A DNA stretch of 35,181 nucleotides from Malacoraja senta (taxonomy: Eukaryota): contig JAXLNO010000215.1 of assembly GCA_038087875.1 (NCBI GenBank), forward strand, positions 1 through 35,181. Direction: 5' to 3'. Positions 20,876 to 30,542 of this stretch are shown piece by piece; the stretch's first letter is position 1, and the number at the start of each line of letters is the position of its first letter. Both the position numbers and the translations under genes were made by a program. Below the pieces are notes generated by a model. The model searched no databases. It had not been told where the DNA came from and saw only the letters and a list, made by a program, of their open reading frames with translations.

Positions 20876-21387
20876 CAAACCACCGAAATCCCCAAATAGA
20901 TCGGATATGATAATACCAGAAAAAGGAGAGAATCTCAGGGACACGGGCAAGGAGCAAATAAATGGGGCAGAAGAAGACACAGAATGCTGGAGTAACTCAG
21001 TGGGTCAGGCAGCAGCTCTGGAGAAAATGGGCAGGTAATGCTTTGGGTTGAGGCAAGGTAATCGCTCAAATGGTGAGCTTCTTCAAAGAGTCGTACTGTA
21101 CGGGCACAATGGGCCAAATGGCCTTCTGTTTAGGTAGATGCTATGATAATAGCATGGAATGGAGGGATATGGATGACGTGCAGGCAGATGAGATTAGTTT
21201 ATCTTGACATCTTGACCAGCACAGACATTGTGACCTGTTCATGAGCTGTACTGATTTTTGTTCTATTATATACTTTGAGTATGTTCTATGATGCATATTT
21301 TAACTAAGCATGCTCCCACCAAGCTAAATATAGATATTTGGTGAAGGATGAGGGCCTATGGACTGTTGAAGTGTTTATGCAGAAAGG

Positions 21388-21598
21388 GGTATGTTTGTGC
21401 GCCCCAAGCTGTCCCTGAGTATGGTGGTGCCCGCTTTCAAACTTCTGCTGGATGGGAGCGGGGAGAAGGAATGACCGGGTTGGGAGGCGTCTTGGATCAT
21501 GTTGACTGCTTTCCCAAGGCAATGTGAAGTGCAGGTTGAGTCCGGTCTGTGTGATGGACTGGGTTACATCGACAACTCTGTAATTTCTTGGACTTATC
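21388..21598 (-). mobile_element. Old Rex1/Babar LINE fragment
   Basis: Homologous to 33700-33920. Confidence 0.6.
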
Positions 21599-21872
21599 TT
21601 TCCGCTGAGCTCTAGTTTCTGCTCAAGGACTTCTTTGTGTCTCCATTGCAACTTTCACTAATCTCCAAATGTTCTTATCAAATGTGCTTATTAAATAAAT
21701 CCTACAAACCTCTCCATTACATCATCAAATGTAAGACCTTTCACTTGTGCCAGAATGTCTACTGGTGTTGTCAGTGTTCAAGCCTCTCTTCAGTGGTTAG
21801 ATTGCCCCCTGATATTCACATTGGTTCCATTCTGAGTCATCTTCATCTGCATTGTGTCCTTCACTGTGCATG

Positions 21873-22155
21873 ATGGTGCAGCGGTAGAGTTGCTGCCTCA
21901 CAGCGCCAGAGATCCAGATTCAATCCTGACTACGAGTGCTGTCTGTATGGAGTTTGTACGTTCGCCCCTTGACCATCTTGGCTTTGATTTCCTCCTACGC
22001 TCCAAAGACATACAGGTTTGTCGGTTAATTGGCTTCTGCAAATTGTAAATTATCCCTAGTCTGTCGGATAGTGTTAGTGTACGGACACCGTTGGTCAGCA
22101 CGAACCCGGTGGGCCGAAGGGCCTGTTTCCCGCCGTATCTCTAAACTAAACTAAA
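21873..22155 (+). mobile_element. HE1-type V-SINE
   Basis: Head, V-domain and (TAAAC)n tail. Confidence 0.88.
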
Positions 22156-22157
22156 TT

Positions 22158-22340
22158 GGAGATAGACACAGCGGGTAGGCAGCATCTCTGGAGGGAAGGA
22201 ATGAGTGACGTTTCGGGTCAAAAGTCTTCTTCAGACTGAGAGTCGGGGAAAGAGAAACGAGAGATATAGAAGAAATGAATGAAAGATATGCAAAAAAGTA
22301 ACGATGACAAAGGAAAGACGGAGCCCACATTGGTCCATGA
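22158..22340 (-). mobile_element. PLE UTR, hammerhead (22207-22234) and tail fragment
   Basis: CAGT-CTGAAGAAG..GACCC-GAAACGTC-ACT with a damaged stem II. Confidence 0.8.
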
Positions 22341-22662
22341 CTAAATTAAATACTTTTTAGTCTTGGTATCGGAGTAGCCTGGGCAAGTCGGTGCAGTTCA
22401 TTGTAGACAGTAAATACAGCTACCATGATGTGAAAGTTTCAGTTTAGTTTAGTTTATTGTCACGTGCACTGAGGTACAGTGAAAAGCTTTTGTTGCGTGC
22501 TAACCAGTCAGCGGAAAGACAACACATGATTACAATCGAGCCGTCCACAGTGTACAGATACAGGATAAAGGGAATAATGTTTAGTGCAAGTTAACGATGA
22601 CGATTGATGATATTCCAAGGTTCTCCACTGAGATAGATTGTAGGTCAGGACCGCTCCCTAGT

Positions 22663-23173
22663 TAGGGTTGCCAACTGTTCCGTATTAGCCGGGACATCCT
22701 GTATATTGGGCTAAATTGGTTTCTCCGTACAGGACCGCCCTTGTCCCGTATTTGACTGCTACTTCTCGGGTCGAGGGGACTGTCGGGTCGGAGCGCCACA
22801 TCCGGCACCGCCTCACCTGTCCCGACGTAGTGCAGCCCATGGAGTGCAGCAGCAGCCGCGCCTCGCCCGTGGCCACATCGGTCGTCAGCCCAGCCAGCTG
22901 TCCGATCTTCGGACCTTCGCTTACCGCTGACACCTTCTCATGGCCGATCATCGCTTCATGAGTTGGATGGGGTGCAGGACTTTACGCGCGACGTCGCACG
23001 GGCCAAAACTCCTCAGCTGGCCCACCGGCTGGGCTTTGTGTGCAGTCCAGCACCCGGGCCAACACATCATTCACCCAGCCACGGCCGAGTCGGTCAATGA
23101 ATTGCCGTCGGGAATTTGTCCCGTATTTTGACCTTTTGTCTCTTATTTGGGAGTGAGAAAGATGGCAACCCGC
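22663..23173. mobile_element. hAT (Blackjack-like) MITE, 511 bp
   Basis: TIR TAGGGTTGCCA / TGGCAACCC(gc), subterminal GTCCCG/CGGGAC motifs, 8-bp TSD TCCCTAGT / TCTCTAGT. Confidence 0.85.
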
Positions 23174-23236
23174 TCTCTAGTTGGTGATAGGATGGTTCAG
23201 TTGCCTGATAACTGCTGGGAAGAAACTGTCCCTGAA

Positions 23237-23543
23237 TTTAGTTTAGTTTAGTTTAGAGATACAGGGCAGAAACAGGCCCTTCGGCCCACCAGGTCCGCCC
23301 CAACCTGCAATCATCGCACATTAACACTATCCGACACATACTAGGGACAATTTTTACATTTTATACCAAGCCAATTAACCCTCAAACCTGTACATCTTTG
23401 GAGTGTGGGAGGAAACGCAAGATCTCGGAGAAAACCCACGCGGGTCACGGGGAGAACGTACAAACTTTGTGCACCCGTAGTCAGGATCGAACCCGGGTCT
23501 CTGGCACTGTGAGACCGTAACTCTACCACTGCGCCACCGTGCC
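23237..23543 (-). mobile_element. HE1-type V-SINE, full length
   Basis: Head, V-domain and (TAAAC)n tail. Confidence 0.9.
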
Positions 23544-23994
23544 ATCCCATCTGGAGGTGTGCATTTTCACATTTCTGTGCCTCTTGTCTGATGGGAGAAG
23601 GGAGAAGAGGGAGTGAGAGGGGTTGAGACTGGTCCTTGATTATGCTGCTGGCCTTGCCATATTGTTGATGTTAGTGGGGGAAATGAATAATACTTCAAGC
23701 GCTGATTTTACTTGGAGGTACCTCCGGCCCGTGTAGATAATTGCTTGTCTTCATGGTAATTTGGTCCATTTTGTGTCGTCTTCTGCTGTTTATAGTTCTA
23801 AACTTTCTCTGAACTCTGTGTTGGTACACCACACAATGGTTGCATTTAAATCACACAGATATTGATCTTTTGCAGGCAATTCCCATAGCCTGGGTCCCCT
23901 GCAGGCAGCTGTCAGAGCAAGATTAAGTGGCGTGCTTGAAAGGCCTGGAGTCCAGCAAGAGCTGCCTGTCCCCAGAGTCTTTGATGAAGGCAAG

Positions 23995-25280
23995 AAGCTG
24001 GAGTAACTCAGCGGGCCAGACAGTGTCTCTGGAGGAAAGGAATAGGTGATGTTTCGGGTCGAGACCCTTCTTCAGACTGAGAGTCTGGGGAGAGGGAACC
24101 GAGAGATATAGACGGTGAGTGTAGGAAGGAACTGCAGATGCTGGTTTACACCGAAGATAGTCACAAAATGCTGGAGTAACTCGGTGGGACAGGCAGCGTC
24201 TCTGGATAGAAAGATCAACAAAGTATTCCATGCTTGGCGAAACCTTACAGGAAGTCACTGAAGACAAATATCTCAGTGTCTTTATACAAAATAAGTGGGA
24301 TAAGCAGTCACGTTCTTCTGCAAACAAAGCCACGAAGATGCTCAACTTCGTCCAGAGAAACTTCCACCATTGTTCTAAAACTGTCAAAAAACATTTGTAC
24401 CAAACCATAGTCCAACTGCACTTGGAGTACGCCTCCGCTGCTTGGAGCCCCGGTACCAAGAAAAATAAAGATGTTCTTCAAAATGTTCAACGAAGAGCAG
24501 TTGGTTTGTGTGCAGCGACTTCAGACATCAATCCAGTGTAACCAAAGTGGTCACCGACTTAAACTGGGACTCCCTTGAAACCAGACGCCAGATGCTCAGA
24601 CTGACTGCTCTTCACAAGGTCATCAACCAGGACATCGACCTCAACGCTGTCTTACATGTCAAAGAAAAAACCAACAAGATCCAGAAGAAGCCGCAACAAG
24701 TAACTTGTGGTTCAACAACACACATCTACTCCCTACATCCAGTCTTTGTTTCCTGACGCAATTTCCCTCTGGAATGTCCTCCCACAATCCTCTGTCGACG
24801 TGCCCACCTACGCAACCTTCAAGACCTCCGTCCAGGCCCACAGGCTGCACAGTCCCCGCTGGACCAGACCCACCCTCGCAACTTCCAGTATAGCCCCTGG
24901 TGGAATTTTCGGGAGTGATGACCACAAGGTACAAGGTGCAAGGAATGGATGACGTTTTGGGTCGAGACCCTTCTTCAGACCTTCGGACGATGATATTGAG
25001 AGATGTAGAATAAATGAGTGGAAGATATGCAAAAAAGTAATGATGACAAAGGAAACAGGCCATTGTTAGCTGTGGGCGAGGTGAAAATGAGTTACAGACA
25101 ATGAGACTCAACAAGACGGCTTTGAAGCCAGTACAACGACGTGTGGGGGAGGGGTGGAGAGGGAGGGAGGGGATTCAAGGGTTAATTGCAATTAGAGAAG
25201 TCAATATTCATACCGTTGGGGTGTAAGCTGCCCAAGAGAAATATGAGGTGCTGTTCCTCCAATTTGCGTGTGGCCTCTCT
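23995..25280 (-). mobile_element. Two tandem PLE units (hammerheads at 24048-24075 and 24951-24978; GIY-YIG end at 25182-25280), the longer one split by a LINE
   Basis: EATRKLEEQHLIFLLGSLHPNGMNIDFSN; the tail at 24119-24212 rejoins 24940 onward. Confidence 0.82.
24213..24942 (+). mobile_element. Divergent CR1-group LINE 3' fragment, distinct from the vertebrate CR1 copies here
   Basis: KATKMLNFVQRNF..LYQTIVQLHLEYASAAWSP..VQRRA / LNWDSLETRR / SLFPDAISLWNVLP in shifted frames; (ACAAGGT)n tail. Confidence 0.8.
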
Positions 25281-25373
25281 CTGTCTTTGTGTCAGCCTCT
25301 CAGTCTCGCAGTATTTACAGAAACCACTGTGCAGTCCCTTCCATAACACGTGATATCGCATCATTTCATTTAT

Positions 25374-25489
25374 AGTTTAGTTTAGTTTGGTTTAGTTTAA
25401 ATTTAGAGATACAGTGCGAAAACAGGCAGCGCCCGTTGTCGGGATCAAACCCGGGCCTCCAGCGCTGTAACCGCTGTAAGACAGCAACA
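25374..25489 (-). mobile_element. HE1 SINE with an internal deletion
   Basis: Tail joined directly to the B-box/head remnant. Confidence 0.7.
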
Positions 25490-25616
25490 GGTGTCAAGGG
25501 TTATGGGGAGAAGGCAGGAAAATGGGATTAGGAGGCAGAGATCAGCCATGACTGAATGGCGGAATGGACTCGATGGGCCGAGTGGCCAAATTCTACTTTA
25601 TAACGTGAACTTGTGA
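25490..25616 (+). mobile_element. CR1 3' UTR fragment
   Basis: Homologous to 34455-34578. Confidence 0.85.
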
Positions 25617-25619
25617 ATG

Positions 25620-25712
25620 CGTACCACTACGCCACCGTACCACTACGCCACCGTACCACTACGCCACCGTACCACTACGCCACCGTACCACTACGCCACT
25701 GTACCACTACGC
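25620..25712. repeat. 16-bp minisatellite (CGTACCACTACGCCAC) x5.8
   Basis: Five identical units followed by a partial sixth. Confidence 0.95.
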
Positions 25713-25940
25713 TACCTCCTCTGGCAGCTTGTTCCATACACCCACCGCCCTTTGTGTGAAAGGTTTACCCCTCAGATTCCCATTAAATCTTATCCTCTTC
25801 ACCTTAAACGGCAGTGGCGCAGTAACGCCAAGGACGGCATTGCATCTTTTCCATCGAGCTTCCTGCACCATCCACATCTTGTATTCCCGTGCTGCCTTTC
25901 CTTCACTTACGAGAGGAATACACTCCTGAAGAATGCGTGT

Positions 25941-26233
25941 GGGCGGCACGGTGACGCAGCGGTAAAGCTGCTGCATTACAGCGTCAGAGACCCGGGTTCC
26001 AAAACCCATGCGGTCACACGGAGAACTCCACACAGACAGCACCCAACAGCAGGTCAGGACCAAACCCATGTCCCAAAGTCATGCGGGTTTGTAGATGAAT
26101 TGTCTTCAGTAAATTCCCCCAGGTGTGTAGGGAGTGGATGGGAAAGTGGGATAGCATAGAACTAGTGTGAACGGGTGGTCAGCGTGGACTCAATGGGCCA
26201 AAGGGCCTGTTTCCACGCTGTATCTATAAATTA
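25941..26233 (+). mobile_element. HE1 SINE with an internal inversion (~26000-26068)
   Basis: Head and tail on the plus strand, B-box/V-domain segment on the minus strand. Confidence 0.8.
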
Positions 26234-26385
26234 AGAAGTGTATTTAATGTCTCGGTGCAGCCAACAATACTTGCTTAATGTTGACTGACTGAGAGATTCC
26301 AGCTTTATATGCCATCATTACGCCTCGCCTTAGGTCTGAAGACCCCCACTCCCATTCATCAAGGTCACACCAGCCAGGCCTCGGG

Positions 26386-26900
26386 GACTGAAGAAGGGTC
26401 TCGACCCAAATGTCACCCATTCCTTTTCATAGAAACATAGAAACATAGAAAATAGGTGCAGGAGTAGGCCATTCGGCCCTTCGAGCCTGCACCGCCATTC
26501 AATATGATCATGGCTGATCATCCAACTCAGTATACCGTACCTGCCTTCTCTCCATACCGCCTGATCCCTTTAGCCACAAGGGCCACATCTAACTCCCTCT
26601 TAAATATAGCCAATGAACTGGCCTCAACTACATTATGTGGCAGAGAATTCCACAGATTCACCACTCTCTGTGTAAAAAAATGTTTTTCTCATCTCAGTCC
26701 TAAAAGATTTCCCCTTTATCCTTAAACTGTGACCCCTTGTTCTGGACTTCCCCAACATCGGGAACAATCTTCCTGCATCTAGCCTGTCCAATCCCTTAAG
26801 AATTTTGTAAGTTTCTATAAGATCCCCCCTCAATCTTCTAAATCTCCAGGGATGTGCCTGTCCCGCTGAGTTACTCCAGCTTTTTGTGTCTATCTTCGGT
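26386..26900 (+). mobile_element. PLE hammerhead (26388-26414, mutated) and tail, split by CR1
   Basis: CACCCATTCCTTT resumes as TCTCCAGGGATG at 26843. Confidence 0.78.
26427..26842 (-). mobile_element. CR1 3' fragment
   Basis: RGDLIETYKILKGLDRLDAGRLFPM; (TTTCTATG)n tail. Confidence 0.92.
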
Positions 26901-27227
26901 CTCTGGGATAATCGCTGTCGGCAGCGATCTGGCAGCGAACGTCAGCTCTGGGGATGAGAGGTAGAGGGAGAAGCAGATCCGTTGTTCATCATCCGCAAAG
27001 CAGAGGGCGAATAAAATGAAGATGGACACAAATAGCTGGAGTAACTCAGCGGGACATGCAGCATCTCTGGAGAGAAGGAACGATAAAATGGAGATGGGCT
27101 TCACAAAGGCAATTCAGCTACTCATACAAAATCTGATTCAAAAGTACTCTGGAGGGAAATGATAATATGATGTATTTGAGCTGAATTTATGCAAAACAAT
27201 AAATAAAAAAAGAAAAATGTGATATTC

Positions 27228-27650
27228 GTTTAGTTTAGTTTAGTTTATTGTCACGTGTACCAAAGGTACAGTGAAAAGCTTTTGTTGCGTGCTAACTAGT
27301 CAGAGGAAAGACAATACATGATTACAATCGAGCCATTTACAGTGTACAGGGACATGATGAAGAAATAACGTTTAGTGCAAGGTAAAGCCAGTAAAGTCTA
27401 CCTGGCTTTATTAGTGTGAATAGAAGTGTGAAAATTTGCACTTCCAGATTTAGGGGCAGTTTCTTCCCAGCTGTTATCAGGCAACTGAATCATCCTACCA
27501 CAAAGATAGTCCGAGGGTCCCCAATGAGGTAGATAATAGCTCAGCACTGCTCTCTAATTGGTGATAGGACGGTTCAGTTGCCTGATAACAGCTGGGAAGA
27601 AACTCTCCCTGAATCTGGAGGTGTGCGTTTTCACACTTCTGTTCACACTA
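27228..27650 (-). mobile_element. Rex1/Babar 3' end with an internal inverted duplication
   Basis: Same family as 22438 onward and 34753-35017; 27412-27500 is the inverse of 27561-27650. Confidence 0.8.
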
Positions 27651-27785
27651 GCTGGACCCCACATCAATTACCTGATCACACTGGCCCAAGGTAACCTCCT
27701 CTCCCACAGCCCACATCCCAGCACACCCACCCGCACACTATTCTAAGACGATGATGCTTTGTTTGCCAAGCGCGGTTTAAATGAA

Positions 27786-27905
27786 GGAGGAAACCCGAAG
27801 AAAACCCTCGCGGTCACGGGGAAAACGTACAAACTCCACACAGACAGCACCTGTGGTCAGGATCGAACCAGGTCTCTGGCGCTGTCAACTCTACCACTAT
27901 GCCTC
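27786..27905 (-). mobile_element. HE1 SINE fragment
   Basis: B box and V-domain. Confidence 0.75.
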
Positions 27906-28019
27906 CTTAATTTATTTGTGCACAGTTTAATGATTTTCTTACATACAGTCCAGTAGAGTATTGCCGTATCTAAGCACAATCCCAGATTAGCAAGCGTACA
28001 GAAATCGTCCACTGATCCC

Positions 28020-28445
28020 GCATGTAAGAGACGCCATGTGTTGGCACCATTTCCCAAGTCCGCACTCTAGTTGTTGTGAGCGGTGCCCGATCCAGGCGAG
28101 CCCCAGGCTGCTGCAGGGCCTCCAGCCGTCTCCATCCCTTGGACGTCTGGATCGTCCAGTAAACCCACGTCCCTCTCCTCGCTCGTCCACCTTTGTTCCC
28201 CGGGGGGTGGGAGCCTCCCGCAGCCGACCTCGAGGGCGCGGTGGGCCAGACCCCGGTTCCCTCTCCTCTCCCACCGGCCTCGCTCCTGGCCCGCCATGTC
28301 CATCGTCATCACCGGCTCCATCCTCTTCTTCGGGGGGCCAGCAGGGGCCGGCTCGGTGGCTCCCCCTGTGGGTCACCCACGGGAGACGAGCCGGGATCGG
28401 CTCAGCGGCTCCCCCTGCAGGCCGCGGCTGGCTGGGAGCAGATCT
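28020..28445 (-). repeat. GC-rich, CpG-rich unclassified interspersed repeat
   Basis: Sharp composition change; its end (..GGACTTG..GGTGCCAACACATGGCGTCTCTT) resembles 33985-34030 and 29570-29582. Confidence 0.45.
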
Positions 28446-28459
28446 CCACAGATCAGATG

Positions 28460-29357
28460 CAATACGATACGATACGGTGGAACTATATTTATCCCAGGAG
28501 GGATCTTGGTCCGCCAACAGTCATAAAACACAACAAGATACATGAAACATAAAATTAAAGTGACGAGGAAACATAGAAACAAAAAATAGGTGCAGGAGTA
28601 GGCCATTTGGCCCTTCAAGCCAGCACCGCCATTCAATATGATCATGGCTGATCATCTCAAATCAGTACCACGTTCCTGCTTTTTCCTCATATCCTTTGAT
28701 TCCTTTAGCCCAAAGAGCTGTGTCTAACTCTCTCTTGAAAACATCCAGTGAATTGGCCTCCACTGCCTTCACAACTCTCTGGGTGAAGACGTTTTTCCAC
28801 ATCTCAGTCCTAAATGGCCTACCCCTTATTCTTAATCTGTGACCCCTGGTTCTGGACTCCCCCAACATCGGGAACATTTTTCCTGCATCTAGCTTGTCCA
28901 ATCCTTTAAGATTCCCTCTCATCCTTCTAAATTCCAAGTCCAGGATAGGGGATGTGCAAAGATTGGGGAGGGGGGGTGGGGGGAGGGGGGGGGAGGGAGG
29001 GGAGTCAGTCTCAGTCTACCCCACGACAGAAGGGGAGGAGTTGTACAGTTTGATAGCCACAGGGAAGAAGGATCTCCTGTGGCGTTCTGTGCTGCATCTT
29101 GGTGGAACCAGTCTGTTGCTGAAGGTGCTCCTCAGGTTGACCAGTGGGTCATGGAGGGGGTGAGCTGTATTGTTCAGAATTCTCCGCAGTTTGAGGAGCA
29201 TTCTCCCCTCCAAGACCAACCTCCCATGAATCCAACTCTGCCCCCAGGATGGAGCCAGCCTTCCTGACGAGCTTATTAATTTTGTTTGTATCCACGGCCT
29301 TCGCCCTGCTGCCCCAGCACACGGCAGTGAAGAAGATGGCACTGGCCGTCACCGATT
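28460..29357 (-). mobile_element. Rex1/Babar-type LINE 3' fragment split by CR1 (28568-28934)
   Basis: SAIFFTAVCWG..KINKLVRKAGSILG / NTAHPLH..RHRRSFFPVAIKLYN; (CGTAT)n tail at 28460-28476. Confidence 0.85.
28568..28934 (-). mobile_element. CR1 3' fragment
   Basis: EFRRMRG..KMFPMLGESRTRGH; 3' UTR as in 19278 onward. Confidence 0.9.
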
Positions 29358-29399
29358 GATGCACCAACTCATGGCCCCCCATTCTGCTAAAAATGATGT

Positions 29400-29846
29400 G
29401 GTACCAGGTGGGAGGGAGGTGGGGGTGGTCACTGAGAATAAAGGGGAATCCGGTGGCAGGGGAGCTGCTGAGAATGAAAGGGGGGGGGCCGGGCTGGGGG
29501 CCGCCTGTTGTCACAGGCGGCAGCAGGCAGTAGATAAAACTGTTCGGTGAACTGTTTGTAACTTTGTCTCTGGCGACTCTTGTGTCCTGCCCAGGTGAGG
29601 CCTGCTGTGTGAATTTACCAGGTTGTACGGAAAAACAAAGCATATGGACTCAAGGGAAATGGGGGAAAATGCAGGAATGGGGTACTGATTTTAGATGATC
29701 AGCCATGATTTTAGATGATCAGATAGATTGAATGGCGTGCTGGCTCGAAGGGCCGAATGGCCCACTCCTGCACCTATTTTCTATGTTTCTATGTTTCACT
29801 GTAGCTATGTACATGTGACAATCAAGTATCATTGAATCATTGAATT
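29400..29846 (+). mobile_element. Non-coding repeat with a Rex1-like 3' tail, split by a CR1 UTR piece (29642-29793)
   Basis: AAAACAAAGCAT|TTTCACTGTAGCTATGTACATGTGACAAT..(CATTGAAT)n; relatives at 29990-30066 and 33975-34160. Confidence 0.6.
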
Positions 29847-30068
29847 GAGTTGGATCATCTGTGTAGGGAAATGGACAGGCGATGTTTCAGATCGGGACGC
29901 TAAGGGGTTGTGCATGCTATACCAGTGTGTGATGTGTGACTATGTGTGTGTCTGGAGACATTCTCCTGCCATCACCACCTTCATTCAATTTTACAATTTT
30001 ACCCGGTTGTCTGCAAAACAAAGCATTTCATTGTAGCTAGGTACAAGTCGATAAATATAATTGAATAA

Positions 30069-30188
30069 GGCCATTGGGCACCATCAGATCAAGGCTGGGC
30101 CATTGGGCACCATCAGATCAAGGCTGGGCCATTGGGCACCATCAGATCAAGGCTGGGCCATTGGGCACCATCAGATCAAGGCTGGGAG
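30069..30188. repeat. 29-bp minisatellite (GGCCATTGGGCACCATCAGATCAAGGCTG) x4
   Basis: Four identical head-to-tail units with no spacers. Confidence 0.97.
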
Positions 30189-30310
30189 CAGAAGGAAATG
30201 ATAAACATGTGTGTCTCACTAAATCTGATTTGGATGGGAATGATACTTTGATGGATTTGAACTGAATTAAGACCAAAGTTTAATAAATAAAATGAAAAAG
30301 GTGACATTAA

Positions 30311-30530
30311 TTTAGTTTAGTTTAGTCTAGTTTATTGTCACATGTACCGAGGTACAGTGAAAAACTTTTTCGTGGTGTACTATCTTGTCAGCGGAAAGAC
30401 TATACATGATTACAAGCGAGCTATTTACAGTGTACAGATACATGATAAAGGGAATAACGGTTAGTGCAAGATAAACCCAGTAAAGTCTGATTAAAGATAG
30501 TCCGAGGGTCTCCAATGAGGTAGATGGGAG
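30311..30530 (-). mobile_element. Rex1/Babar 3' UTR fragment
   Basis: Same family as 22438 onward and 27228 onward. Confidence 0.8.
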
Positions 30531-30542
30531 GGTCATATTCTC

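Larger units (their letters stand above)
22438..23660 (-). mobile_element. Rex1/Babar LINE 3' end split by a MITE (22663-23173) and a SINE (23237-23543)
   Basis: Encodes FRDSFFPAVIRQLN and ends ..GTGACAATAAA(CTAAA)n; the pieces rejoin across both insertions. Confidence 0.8.

Noticed and set aside
21709..23815. Further upstream minus-strand exon candidates (ILAQVKGLTFDDVME near 21709-21757; VQRKFRTINSRRRHKMDQ near 23715-23815)
   Set aside because: Weak splice sites, and they could not be joined in phase to the downstream chain.
27987..28552. Overlapping 119-176 aa ORFs as a gene
   Set aside because: Open frames on both strands reflect high GC; the translations are low-complexity and run into LINE tails.
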